NCBI GenBank assembly: GCA_965279525.1
Contig: CBDIIB010000004.1
Coordinates: forward strand, 128,001-192,000
Reading direction: 5' to 3'
Length of the DNA: 64,000 nucleotides
Origin: Tagaea sp.
GTDB lineage: Bacteria; Pseudomonadota; Alphaproteobacteria; CACIAM-22H2
Below the pieces are notes generated by a model. It had not been told where the DNA came from. It saw only the letters and a program-made list of their open reading frames with translations, and ran no database searches. Shown in pieces: positions 9,054 to 18,927 of the stretch. How positions within the stretch are numbered: position 1 is the stretch's first letter; each line of letters starts with the position of its first letter. A program made the position numbers and the translations under genes.

Positions 9054-10330
9054 TGAGCCAGCACGCAAATCTGTGGGAAGAGACCGCCGTCGCGCCTCCG
9101 GCCACCGCGCCGCTCGGCGCCTCGACGCGCACCCGCGTCGCGATCGTCGGGGCAGGCTATCTCGGCCTGTCCGCGGCCCTGCACCTGGCCGAAGCCGGTG
9201 CCGACGCGGTCGTCCTTGATGCCGAGGGGCCGGGCTTCGGTGCGTCCGGCCGAAGCGGTGGCCAGGTCATCCCCGGGCTCAAGTACGATCCCGAAGAGAT
9301 CGAGGCGGTGATGGGCCGCGAGCGCGGCGAGCGCCTGTGGCGTTTTGCCGGCTCGACGGCGGATTTCGTCTTCGATCTCGTCGCGCGTCTCGGACTGAAG
9401 GCGCAGGCACGCAGGACGGCCTGGATCCAGGGCATCCATGCCGAAGCCGCCGCCGTCCGTGCCCGATCGCGCGCGCGCCAGTGGCAGGCACGCGGCGCGG
9501 ACGTGTCCTATGTGGATGCAGGCGAGGCCACCCGGCTTGTCGGCACGTCGATTTATGCCGGCGCGTTCGTCGACCGGCGCGCGGGCACGATCCAGCCGCT
9601 CTCGTATTCGCGCGAGCTTGCGCGTGCCGCGCTTGCCGCAGGTGCGCGCATCCACGGGAAATCGAAGGTCGTTTCGGTCGCACGACAGGGCACGGGCTGG
9701 CGCGTCGAGACGGCATCGGGCGCGCATGTCGATGCCGAGCATGTGTTCGTCTGCACGAACGCTTATTCCGGGCCGCTGTTTCCGGATCTGCCGGCGTCGA
9801 TCGTCGCGGCGAACTCGCTCCAGATCGCGACAGTCCCGCTTCCGGCCGATCTGCGCGCGGCGATCCTGCCGGGCGGCGAGGTTCTCTCGGATACGCGGCG
9901 CATCATCCGCTACTGGCGGACGGACGATCAGGGACGCTTCATCATGGGCGGGCGCGGCCCCTACCGGGAGCCGGGACCTGAATCCGACTGGGGCCATCTC
10001 AAGCGTGACGCGGCCAGTCTCTATCCCGCACTTGCCGGCATTTCTTTCACGCATCGCTGGTCAGGCCGTGTGGCCATCCATCCGGACTATTGGCCACGCC
10101 TGCATGTTCCCGAGCCTGGCCTTTACGCCGCGATCGGTTGTCAGGGCCGCGGCATCGGCTGGCAGTCGGCGATGGGGGCGGAACTCGCCCGGCTCGTCCT
10201 CGACAAGGATCGCGAGCCCGTGCTCCCGGTGTCGGGCGTCACGCGTATTCCGTTCGCGCCGCTCAAGCGGGTGGGCGTATCGTTGACCATCGCGGCCATG
10301 CGCGTTCTCGATCGGCTGGGCATCGCATGA
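9053..10330 (+). CDS. FAD-dependent amine/D-amino-acid oxidoreductase (DadA/PuuB family)
   Basis: IVGAGYLGLSAA, GFGASGRSGG, CQGRGI. ATG at 9053 overlaps the regulator stop. Confidence 0.88.
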   Translation: MSQHANLWEETAVAPPATAPLGASTRTRVAIVGAGYLGLSAALHLAEAGADAVVLDAEGPGFGASGRSGGQVIPGLKYDPEEIEAVMGRERGERLWRFAGSTADFVFDLVARLGLKAQARRTAWIQGIHAEAAAVRARSRARQWQARGADVSYVDAGEATRLVGTSIYAGAFVDRRAGTIQPLSYSRELARAALAAGARIHGKSKVVSVARQGTGWRVETASGAHVDAEHVFVCTNAYSGPLFPDLPASIVAANSLQIATVPLPADLRAAILPGGEVLSDTRRIIRYWRTDDQGRFIMGGRGPYREPGPESDWGHLKRDAASLYPALAGISFTHRWSGRVAIHPDYWPRLHVPEPGLYAAIGCQGRGIGWQSAMGAELARLVLDKDREPVLPVSGVTRIPFAPLKRVGVSLTIAAMRVLDRLGIA

Positions 10331-10341
10331 GCGGAGGAAGA

Positions 10342-11148
10342 ATGTCGTACCAGACAATCGTGCTCGAACAGGCGGGGGGCGTGGCCGTCCTGACTTTCAA
10401 TCGGCCCCGTGTCCTCAACGCGTTCGATCCGGTCCTCGTGGACGAGACCATGCAGGCGATGGCGACGCTTTCGGCCGATGACAGCGTGCATGCGATCATC
10501 GTGCGCGGCGAGGGGCGCGCTTTTTCCGCCGGCTTCGACCTGAAAGCCGGCGCTGCAACCGCCGGTCAGCGCGGCATTGCCGACTGGCGCAAGGTGCTGG
10601 AGGCCGACTTCGATTTCATCATGGCATTCTGGGATTGCCCGAAGCCGACGATCGCGTCGGTGCACGGCTTCTGCATCGGTGGCGCTTTCGAACTCGCGCT
10701 CGCCTGCGACGTGACGGTGGCGGCTGCCGGCACTCGCTTCGGTGCGCCGGAAGTGAAATTCGGATCCGGTGCCGTCGCGCTTTTGCTTCCGTTCGTCTGC
10801 GGTCCGAAGGCGGCGAAGGAACTGCTGCTGACCGGCGACGACCATCTGTCGGCCGAGCGCGCGCTGGTGCTCGGTATCGTCAATCATGTCGAACCGGCCG
10901 GTGAAGAGTTCGCAAAGGCCAAAGCGCTCGCGGATGCGATGGCCGCGGCGGACCCGACTGCCGTGCGGATGACCAAGCGTGCGCTGAATCGCAGCTACGA
11001 GGCGATGGGACTGCGCACGGCACTCGCCCAGGCGCTCGAGACCGACATCTTCATCGAAAGCGCCGGCGGGCCGAAGCGCGCGGAATTCGACCGCATCCGG
11101 CGTGAACAGGGCCTTCAGGCCGCGATCGCCTGGCGCGACGGCCGCTGA
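10342..11148 (+). CDS. enoyl-CoA hydratase/isomerase family protein
   Basis: LTFNRPRVLNAF, AFSAGFDL, KPTIASVHGFCIGGAFELALACD, FGAPE. GGAGG RBS. Confidence 0.92.
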   Translation: MSYQTIVLEQAGGVAVLTFNRPRVLNAFDPVLVDETMQAMATLSADDSVHAIIVRGEGRAFSAGFDLKAGAATAGQRGIADWRKVLEADFDFIMAFWDCPKPTIASVHGFCIGGAFELALACDVTVAAAGTRFGAPEVKFGSGAVALLLPFVCGPKAAKELLLTGDDHLSAERALVLGIVNHVEPAGEEFAKAKALADAMAAADPTAVRMTKRALNRSYEAMGLRTALAQALETDIFIESAGGPKRAEFDRIRREQGLQAAIAWRDGR

Positions 11149-12276
11149 TCAGCCTTTTGTGAGCTTTCCGGCCGGATCGTGGACCGCGCGCTCGCGCAGG
11201 GTGCCCGTCGCCGTGCCGCCGGCCGCCATCTCGATGATCGCCGAAGCGCCGTCCTTCGCGAGCGCTGCCGGGACATAACCGAGGGCGAGCGACTTGCCGA
11301 CGGCATAGCCCCGATCGGCCGACGACACGCTGCCGGCCTCGCGTCCGTCGACGACGATTCGGTCGCCGCGCGCGGGAAGATGCTCGATTCCGGCGAGTTC
11401 GACGAGCATGAGCTTGCGCGCGACACCTTCGCGCTTCTGACGCTCGAGCGCCGCCTTCGCCGCGAAGGCCGGCTTGTTCAGCTTGACCGTCCATCCGAGC
11501 CCGGCCTCGTAGGGCGTGGTCGTCTCGTCGAGATCGAGGCCGTAAATCGGATACTTCTTCTCGATGCGGACCGAGCGCAGTGCGCCGAGGCCGCAGGGCG
11601 TAACGCCCAGATCCGCACCCGCCCGCATGACCGAGTCCCAAAGATGCTCGGCGCACTCGCTCGGGTAGAAGAGCTCGAAGCCGAGTTCGCCCGAGAACCC
11701 GGTACGCGACACGATAGTGCCGGCGATTTCGGCGACAGTGCCCGTCGTGAACGAGTAGAACGGAAGTGAGGCGGTCGATAGATCGACCGAAGTGAGGCGG
11801 CTCAGCAGTTCGCGCGAGCGGGGCCCCTGAATCGAAAGGTAGGCCGACTTGTAACCGAGATTGCTGACACCGGCATTGTAGGCGGCCGCGTCCCTGGAAA
11901 GCGCGTCGAACACGGCACCAATGCGCGACGGCGTCGGGAATAGCCATAGACGGTCCGGAGCGAGACGGAAGCAGGTCAGGTCATCGACCATGCCACCCGA
12001 TACGGCGCAGAGCGACGAGTAGACGACCTTGCCGACGGCGAGTGCGCCGATATCCGCGACGAGGTGGTGCTGGAGCAGGGCAGTCGCACCCTGTCCGGTC
12101 ACTTCGACTGCGCACTGGTAGTAGACATCATAGATGCCGACGGCCGACCGTGTCGCCCGATGTTCTTTTTCGGTCGATGTGAACTTGAGCGGGGATGCCA
12201 TCCCGAGACGATCGACGAATTCCGCGCCCAGCGCTTCGAAACGATGATGGTAAGGCGAGTGCCGAATGAGCGGCAT
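11149..12276 (-). CDS. aminomethyltransferase (GcvT/folate-binding) family protein
   Basis: EHRATRSAVGIYD, IQGPRSR, SRTGFSGELGFE, GLGALRSVRIEK, TPYEAGLGW. Confidence 0.9.
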   Translation of the reverse strand: MPLIRHSPYHHRFEALGAEFVDRLGMASPLKFTSTEKEHRATRSAVGIYDVYYQCAVEVTGQGATALLQHHLVADIGALAVGKVVYSSLCAVSGGMVDDLTCFRLAPDRLWLFPTPSRIGAVFDALSRDAAAYNAGVSNLGYKSAYLSIQGPRSRELLSRLTSVDLSTASLPFYSFTTGTVAEIAGTIVSRTGFSGELGFELFYPSECAEHLWDSVMRAGADLGVTPCGLGALRSVRIEKKYPIYGLDLDETTTPYEAGLGWTVKLNKPAFAAKAALERQKREGVARKLMLVELAGIEHLPARGDRIVVDGREAGSVSSADRGYAVGKSLALGYVPAALAKDGASAIIEMAAGGTATGTLRERAVHDPAGKLTKG

Positions 12277-12430
12277 TTAACTGTCCCCCTGAATCGAACT
12301 GGCTTGCTGTCGGCGAGATATAGTCAGAAAGTAAAAATAGATAACCATTTTTTCAATCACAAAAACATATAGCGGGCCATATTTATGTTACCGTCGACAC
12401 TTCAAATCATTCACGGCTCTGAAGCCGCCG

Positions 12431-13333
12431 TCACCGTCGTGCGGCCTCGGCGCGCAGCAGATCGATCAGTGCATTGATCGGCGCGACGTTGGCGAGCGTG
12501 CGAGCGAGCATCGCTCCGGCGCGAAAGCGCGTTACGTCGGCCGGCAGCTTGATCTCGACGAGCCCCTGGCCGATCGAAGATCCGAGCAGGCCACTCGCCA
12601 CGCAGCCCAGATAGGGGCCGGCGCGCAGCAACTGGAAGATTGCCATCAGCGATGTCGATTCGACGGCGATATGCGGCGGTGGGCTTCCCATGCGCCGGAA
12701 CATGGCCTCGCGCCCGGCGATTGTCTCGTCGTCGTCCTGGTAGACGACCCACGGATGCTCGGCAAGGTCCTTGCCGCTGATGTTGCGCTGCCGGGCGAGC
12801 TTGTGATCGGCTGACGCGATTACGCACATGCGCACGTCGACAATCCTGCGCGTCTCGATGAAATCGGGCAGTCCCGAACTCGGGATCCGGGCGACGACAA
12901 GGTCGAGATCGCCGTTCAGCAGGCTCGGAAGCGTGCGCGGATTGGCGCCAATCTGCAGATCGATGCGCAGATTCGGGAACCGCGCATGCAGCTTGGCTAT
13001 CGCCGGCGGGAGCAGGGCAGCGCCGAAGAAGAGACCGGCCCCGATCCGCAAATGCCCGGTCCGGCCGCTGCGGAAGGCACCAAGCTCGGACTGGGCGAAG
13101 TTCCACTCCGTCTCGATCAGCTTGGCATGTCGCAGCAGCGTTTCTCCGAACCGCGTCAACACGATCCCGCGCGCACGCCGCGCGAACAGCGATACGCCGA
13201 GGCTTTGCTCGAGCCGATGGATCGCCTTGCTCGCCGCGGGTTGGCTGATCGAGAGGGCCTGCGCGCCGGCGCTGATGCTGCCGGCCTTCGTCACCGCGAG
13301 GAACTGGCGCAGCAGGGCCACGTTCTCGAGCAT
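12431..13333 (-). CDS. LysR family transcriptional regulator
   Basis: N-terminal HTH (GSISAGAQALSISQPAASKAIHRLEQSLGVSLFAR), 300 aa, divergent from the sulfatase. Confidence 0.93.
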   Translation of the reverse strand: MLENVALLRQFLAVTKAGSISAGAQALSISQPAASKAIHRLEQSLGVSLFARRARGIVLTRFGETLLRHAKLIETEWNFAQSELGAFRSGRTGHLRIGAGLFFGAALLPPAIAKLHARFPNLRIDLQIGANPRTLPSLLNGDLDLVVARIPSSGLPDFIETRRIVDVRMCVIASADHKLARQRNISGKDLAEHPWVVYQDDDETIAGREAMFRRMGSPPPHIAVESTSLMAIFQLLRAGPYLGCVASGLLGSSIGQGLVEIKLPADVTRFRAGAMLARTLANVAPINALIDLLRAEAARR

Positions 13334-13334
13334 G

Positions 13335-13353
13335 CCATTCTCCTAGGTTATGG
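13335..13353. promoter_or_regulatory. LysR recognition box (T-N11-A)
   Basis: CCAT-TCTCCTAGGTT-ATGG immediately upstream of the LysR start in the divergent spacer. Confidence 0.6.
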
Positions 13354-13453
13354 AAAGCGGAATAAATGGAACTTTACGGACTGTCTGGCCGGATGTGAAG
13401 CTTCACATCCAAAGGCGCAAAATGCGCCGCTTGCCGAGGGGGAAATCGCCAAC

Positions 13454-14983
13454 ATGCGGGCCGTGTTCGTCCTGTTCGATTCACTCACGCGCTCGGCCAT
13501 GAGTGCCTACGCCGACACGCACGTCCACACGCCGAACTTCAAGCGATTCGCGGAACGTGCGGTGACGTTCGACAGCCATTTCGTCGGCAGCCTGCCCTGC
13601 ATGCCGGCGCGTCGCGACATCCACACCGGCCGCCTCAACTTCCTGCATCGCAGCTGGGGGCCGCTCGAGCCCTACGACAACTCGTTCCCGGAAATGTTGC
13701 GCGAAGCCGGCGTGCACTCCCATCTCGTCACGGACCACATGCACTATTTCGAGGACGGCGGCGCCACCTATCATGGCCGCTTCCGCAGCTGGGATTTCAT
13801 CCGCGGTCAGGAGTACGACCCGTGGAAGGCGATGGTGCAGCCGCCGATCGACCGGCTGCGCGAAAAGTACAATGCCAAGCACTACGACTTCGCGAAAAGC
13901 TGGAAGCGGCTGCAGAACGCCGTCAACCGCGAGTACATGGTCGAGGAGAAGGATTTCTGCCTGCCGCGCTGCTTCGAGAGCGCATTCGATTTCCTCGACA
14001 CGAACCGGGGTGCGGACAACTGGTTCCTGTTGCTCGAGTGTTTCGATCCGCACGAACCCTTCCACGCGCCCGATCGCTTCAAGGACCGCTACCGCACTGG
14101 CTACAACGGCGGCATCCTCGACTGGCCGCACTATGAAAAGGTGACCGACAGCAAGGAGGAGATCGACGAGATCCGCGCGAACTACGCGGCCCTGATGACC
14201 GCCTGCGACCATTATTTCGGCAAGCTCATCGACTATTTCGACAAGCACGACATGTGGAAGGACACGGCCGTCATCCTGTCGACTGACCATGGCTTTCTGC
14301 TCGCCGAGCACGACTGGTGGGGCAAGAACCTGATGCCCTACTACACCGATATCTCGCACATCCCGATGATCATGCACCACCCGGCCCATGCAAAGCAGGC
14401 CGGGCAACGCCGCAAGTCGGTTACCCAGACGATGGATCTCATGCCGACGATACTCGACATCTTCGGCATGGCCGTGCCGCCGGAAGTGCAGGGGCGTTCG
14501 TTGCTTGGCCTGATGGAGAGTGACGAGAAGATCCGCGATGTCGGTATCTTCGGCATGTTCGGCGGCCCGATCGGCGCAACTGACGGGCGCTACACCTATT
14601 ACCTCTATCCCGGCGACCTCTATGGCCCGGACCTGCACGAATACACGCTGATGCCGATGCATCTGCATTCGCTGTTCAGTGCGGCCGAGATGCGCACGGC
14701 GAAGCTGCGCGAACCGTTCGATTTCACCAAAGGCATGCCGATCCTCAAGATCGACGCGCTGATGGACGCGCGGCGCATCCCGATCCACGACGGCAAGCTG
14801 TTTGACCCGGGCGTGGGTACCACGCTCTACGACATCCACAACGATCCCAGGCAGCTCAAGCCGTTTCGCGACATCGCGATCGAACGGCGCATCCTTGCGG
14901 GGATCGCCGAACAGATGCGCAGGCACGACGCACCCGCCGAACTCTACGCCCGTTACGGAATCGGTCCCAAAATGGCCGCGTGA
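13454..14983 (+). CDS. Cys-type sulfatase (cytoplasmic)
   Basis: Start MRAVFVLFDS, formylglycine motif CMPAR..IHTG, DPHEPF, STDHG. No signal peptide. Confidence 0.92.
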   Translation: MRAVFVLFDSLTRSAMSAYADTHVHTPNFKRFAERAVTFDSHFVGSLPCMPARRDIHTGRLNFLHRSWGPLEPYDNSFPEMLREAGVHSHLVTDHMHYFEDGGATYHGRFRSWDFIRGQEYDPWKAMVQPPIDRLREKYNAKHYDFAKSWKRLQNAVNREYMVEEKDFCLPRCFESAFDFLDTNRGADNWFLLLECFDPHEPFHAPDRFKDRYRTGYNGGILDWPHYEKVTDSKEEIDEIRANYAALMTACDHYFGKLIDYFDKHDMWKDTAVILSTDHGFLLAEHDWWGKNLMPYYTDISHIPMIMHHPAHAKQAGQRRKSVTQTMDLMPTILDIFGMAVPPEVQGRSLLGLMESDEKIRDVGIFGMFGGPIGATDGRYTYYLYPGDLYGPDLHEYTLMPMHLHSLFSAAEMRTAKLREPFDFTKGMPILKIDALMDARRIPIHDGKLFDPGVGTTLYDIHNDPRQLKPFRDIAIERRILAGIAEQMRRHDAPAELYARYGIGPKMAA

Positions 14984-15011
14984 ACGGCCGACGGAAACCA
15001 GGGAGAAAACG

Positions 15012-16358
15012 ATGAAAATCAGCAATCTTGCCGCTGCCGCATTCGGCACGGCTGTCGCGTTCGCCGGCACGGCACAGGCCCAGGCGCCGTTCGCCGATGT
15101 CGGCAGGCAACCGCCGATCTCTATCCTGATCAATTCCTCGCCCTGGTTCGCCGGGTTCGAGAAGACGGTCGAGCTCTACGAGAAGCAGACCGGCAACAAG
15201 GTGACGCTCGACGTGACGCCCTTCGGCGGCATGCTGGAGAAGGCGCGCAACGCCGTGCGCGGCGCCAACAGCCCGTACGACATCCTCAACATCGACACGC
15301 AGTGGACGATCGAGTTCTACGAGGGCGGCACGCTGGCGCCGTTCGACGAGATCGATCCGTCGTTCGCTCTTCCGCGCGAAGTGCTGACCTATCAGGACTC
15401 GAACTACTGGAACGCGGCGAAGCGCTGGCGCACGCGCGAGGGCGGCAAGCTGATGGGCTATTCGCCCAACGGCAATATCCACGTCCTCTACTACCGGGGC
15501 GATCTCGTGAAGCAGGCCGGCCTCCAGCCGCCCAAGACGTGGGATGACGTCGCCGCAATCTGCGAGAAGGTCGGCAAGCCGCCGGAAATGTACGGGTTCG
15601 TGACGCGCGGCGAGCGCGGCAACGGCATCCGTTTCGACTGGATGCCCTTCATGATCGGTGCCGGAGCCGACATCGTGAAGGCGCCGGCCGACGGGGACTA
15701 TACCGTCACGATCAATTCGCCCGCGGCCAAGACGGCCCTCGACCGCTATGTCGGCCTGATGAAGCGCTGCGCGCCGCCCAACCACGGCGTACTGGGGCAG
15801 GGCGACCTGATCCAGCTCCTGTCGACCGGCAAGGCCCTGCAGGGCATGGCCGTCATTGCGGCATGGTCGAATTTCGAGGACAAGACCAAGTCCGCCGTCG
15901 TCGGCAAGATGGACGCGGCGCCCGTTCCGTCCTTCCCCGGCGGCAAGCCGGGCGTCGTGATCGGCAACTGGCACTTCGTCGTGCCGAAGAACCTGCCGGC
16001 GGAAAAGAAGAAGGCCGCTCTGGCCTTTTCGCGTTGGTTCCTGACCGCCGGCGCGCAGCGCGAGTATGCGTTGGGTGGCGGCATCCCGGTCCGTTCGGAT
16101 ACATTCTCGTCCGATCTCGCTTCGCGGCCGGAGTTCCGCTGGATGAAAGCCTACGGCGACAGCCAGCCCTATGCACGACAGGAACTCGGCTTTGCCGAGG
16201 GCGCGCAGGTCGAGCAGGTGCTGGGTCTGCGTCTCAACCAGGCGCTGATCGGCGAGCTCTCGACCGGCAAAGCCCTCAACATGGCCGCCGCTGAGATCGA
16301 GGAACTCCTCAAGCGCAATGGCCGCCGCACCGGGCGTCTGGCGAACCTGCCGGAATGA
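15012..16358 (+). CDS. carbohydrate-type ABC transporter substrate-binding protein
   Basis: Sec signal MKISNLAAAAFG..AQA, YYRGDL, PPKTWDD. Followed by two CUT1-type permeases. Confidence 0.88.
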   Translation: MKISNLAAAAFGTAVAFAGTAQAQAPFADVGRQPPISILINSSPWFAGFEKTVELYEKQTGNKVTLDVTPFGGMLEKARNAVRGANSPYDILNIDTQWTIEFYEGGTLAPFDEIDPSFALPREVLTYQDSNYWNAAKRWRTREGGKLMGYSPNGNIHVLYYRGDLVKQAGLQPPKTWDDVAAICEKVGKPPEMYGFVTRGERGNGIRFDWMPFMIGAGADIVKAPADGDYTVTINSPAAKTALDRYVGLMKRCAPPNHGVLGQGDLIQLLSTGKALQGMAVIAAWSNFEDKTKSAVVGKMDAAPVPSFPGGKPGVVIGNWHFVVPKNLPAEKKKAALAFSRWFLTAGAQREYALGGGIPVRSDTFSSDLASRPEFRWMKAYGDSQPYARQELGFAEGAQVEQVLGLRLNQALIGELSTGKALNMAAAEIEELLKRNGRRTGRLANLPE

Positions 16359-17236
16359 ACGACGGGCTGGCCGATAAGTTCGACAGGACGTTCAGGCACT
16401 GGAGCCTCTGGCCCTGCCTGGGCGTCCTCGTCGCCCTTTCGGTCTATCCGGTCCTCCAGCTTGTCCCGATGGCGTTCTCGACGCTGGAACTCGTCGGCGG
16501 GCAGCAGACCTGGACGTTCACGCCGCGCCGGAACCTCGAACTGCTGCTCGGCGACGCCGTCCTGCGCGATTCGATCTGGAACACGCTCGTCTTCGTCGTC
16601 GTTTCGGTCGCGTTCGAGATGGTGCTCGGCCTTTTCTGCGCGATCTTCATCGCGTGCATGCCGCGCTGGCGCGGGACCGCGCGCACGATCATGATCCTGC
16701 CCATCCTGCTGCCGCCGGTCGCGATCGGCAGCATGTGGAAGCTGATGTACAACTACGATTTCGGCCTGTTCAACCAGATGCTGCGCGCCGCCGGGATCGG
16801 GCCGGCGAACTTCCTGGGCAGCGTCGACTGGTCGCTGCTGGCGGTCGTCGCGGTCGATGTCTGGCACTGGACGCCGCTGGTGTTCCTGATCCTTTTCGCG
16901 GCCGTCGAATCGCTGCCGCAGGACGTGCTCGAGGCCGCGCGTATCGACGGCGCTTCGATGTGGCAGACGATCCGGATGATCATCCTGCCGCTGCTCGGGC
17001 CGGCGCTCGCTGTCGCGGCGCTGTTCCGCGCCATCGCCGCATTCAAGGCGTTCGATCAGGTGTACCTGCTGACCTCGGGTGGGCCGGGAACCTCGACCGA
17101 GCTGATCAGCCTGCATCTCAACCGCGTCTTTTTCGAACAGAACCAGCTCGGCTACGGCGCGATGCTCTCTTTGACGGTGATCTGCATGATCGCCGCCTCC
17201 CTGTCGATCGGCCGGTTTGCGGCGACGAAGCGATGA
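16355..17236 (+). CDS. carbohydrate ABC transporter permease
   Basis: DVWHWTP, EAARIDGAS, FKAFDQVYLLTSGGPG. Confidence 0.92.
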   Translation: MNDGLADKFDRTFRHWSLWPCLGVLVALSVYPVLQLVPMAFSTLELVGGQQTWTFTPRRNLELLLGDAVLRDSIWNTLVFVVVSVAFEMVLGLFCAIFIACMPRWRGTARTIMILPILLPPVAIGSMWKLMYNYDFGLFNQMLRAAGIGPANFLGSVDWSLLAVVAVDVWHWTPLVFLILFAAVESLPQDVLEAARIDGASMWQTIRMIILPLLGPALAVAALFRAIAAFKAFDQVYLLTSGGPGTSTELISLHLNRVFFEQNQLGYGAMLSLTVICMIAASLSIGRFAATKR

Positions 17237-18066
17237 TCGTCCCGCTGCAGGGCCACGCGGCGACGATCGGCTATTGCGCGCTCGCACTCGCCGCGCTGTT
17301 CATCCTTGGTCCGACGGCCTGGATTTTCCTCAACTCGATCAAGTTCCAGATCGCGATCTACACCGGCGCGTGGGTTTTCGAGCCGACGCTGCAGAACTAT
17401 ATCGACGTGCTGTTCAGCCGGCGCTCCGACCTGATCTCGAACCTCGCCAACAGCCTGACCGTCGCGGCGATCAGCACGGTGCTGGCTCTCGCGATCGGCA
17501 CGCTGGGCGCCTACAGCCTGCATCGCTGGCACCGGCGCAAGCTGCTGGCGCGGCTGCTGCTGGGCTGGACGCTCGTCTTCCACATGATCCCGACGCTGAC
17601 GTTGGTCGGCCCGTGGTACGTGCTGTTCCAGGCGCTCGGCCTCTACGACACGCTGACGGCACTCATCCTGACCCACATCGCGATCAATCTGCCGCTGACG
17701 ATCTGGATCATGATGACGTTCTTCGACGAGGTACCGGTCGAACTGCGCGACGCCGCCGCGATCGATGGCTGCGGCGAGTTCGGCACGTTCCGCCGCATCA
17801 TGCTGCCGCTCGCGGTCCCCGGCCTCGTCTCGGCCGGAATCCTGTCGTTCGTGTTCAGCTGGAACGAGTTCTCGGTCGCCCTGAACCTGACGTCCCGTGG
17901 CACCGCAACCGTTCCCGTGGCGATCGCGCGCTTCGCCCAGCAGTACGAGATCCAGCATGCCCAGATGGCGGCCGCCTCGATGATCGCAATCGTGCCGGCC
18001 CTGCTTCTGATGGCATTCGGCCAGCGTTTTGTCGTGCGCGGCCTGACGACCGGCGCCGTGAAGTAG
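17233..18066 (+). CDS. carbohydrate ABC transporter permease
   Basis: Start MIVPLQG, DAAAIDGC, FSWNEF, C-terminal RGLTTGAVK. Confidence 0.92.
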   Translation: MIVPLQGHAATIGYCALALAALFILGPTAWIFLNSIKFQIAIYTGAWVFEPTLQNYIDVLFSRRSDLISNLANSLTVAAISTVLALAIGTLGAYSLHRWHRRKLLARLLLGWTLVFHMIPTLTLVGPWYVLFQALGLYDTLTALILTHIAINLPLTIWIMMTFFDEVPVELRDAAAIDGCGEFGTFRRIMLPLAVPGLVSAGILSFVFSWNEFSVALNLTSRGTATVPVAIARFAQQYEIQHAQMAAASMIAIVPALLLMAFGQRFVVRGLTTGAVK

Positions 18067-18113
18067 AAGCGTCGTCCCGGGCGGCCGTTTTCGAGCGGCC
18101 TATGCGACTTTCT

Positions 18114-18135
18114 CCAATTCCCGAATTGGTTAACC
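18114..18135. promoter_or_regulatory. putative FadR-type operator, copy 1
   Basis: CCAATTCCCGAATTGGTTAACC matches 19612-19633 (CCAAT-N5-AATTGGTTAACC). Confidence 0.6.
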
Positions 18136-18213
18136 TGGCCCGGTGTTTGGATTTGATTGCATGCATCTTCTCTGACATTTTCTTGCGTGTTCCGAAACGA
18201 GGAGAAGTTCGTG

Positions 18214-18900
18214 ATGTCCGCTTATGTCATCGATCCGCCGCCGGTCGTCGCTGCACCGATCAAGGGTTCCGACAAGCTCTTTCCGGTCCGTCGCGTGTAC
18301 TGCATCGGCCGCAACTACGCCGCACACGCGATCGAGATGGGCCACGACCCGAACCGCGAGCCGCCTTTCTTTTTCCAGAAGAACCCGAACAACATCGATT
18401 TTTCCGCGGTGTTTCCATACCCGTCGCAGTCGAAGGACGTGCACCACGAGATCGAGCTCGTGGTCGCCCTGTCCAAGGGCGGGACGAACATTCCCATCGC
18501 CAAGGCCCTCGATCATGTGTGGGGCTATGCCGTCGGGCTCGACATGACGCGACGCGATCTGCAGGGCATCGCCAAGGAAATGGGACGCCCCTGGGAGATC
18601 GGCAAGGCATTCGAGAAGTCGGCCCCCATGGGTGCCTTCATCCCCGCTTCCCAGATCGGCCACCCCGCGGCAGGCAAGGTGGAACTGAAGGTCAACGGCA
18701 AGGTCAAGCAGACCGGCGACCTCAACCAGATGATCTGGAAGGTTCCGGAGATGATTTCGTATCTCTCGGATTACTTCGAACTGGCGCCCGGCGACATCAT
18801 CATGACCGGTACGCCGTCTGGCGTCGCGGCGGTCGTCGCCGGCGATACGATGGAAGCGCGGATCGACGGCGTCGGCGATCTGACAGTCAAGGTAACCTGA
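18214..18900 (+). CDS. fumarylacetoacetate hydrolase family protein (fumarylpyruvate/acylpyruvate hydrolase-like)
   Basis: RRVYCIGRNYAAH, PFFFQK, HHEIEL, DMTRRDLQ, GDIIMTGTPSGV. Confidence 0.9.
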   Translation: MSAYVIDPPPVVAAPIKGSDKLFPVRRVYCIGRNYAAHAIEMGHDPNREPPFFFQKNPNNIDFSAVFPYPSQSKDVHHEIELVVALSKGGTNIPIAKALDHVWGYAVGLDMTRRDLQGIAKEMGRPWEIGKAFEKSAPMGAFIPASQIGHPAAGKVELKVNGKVKQTGDLNQMIWKVPEMISYLSDYFELAPGDIIMTGTPSGVAAVVAGDTMEARIDGVGDLTVKVT

Positions 18901-18927
18901 AGCGGCTTCCCTGCGCTGGCCGGCAGA

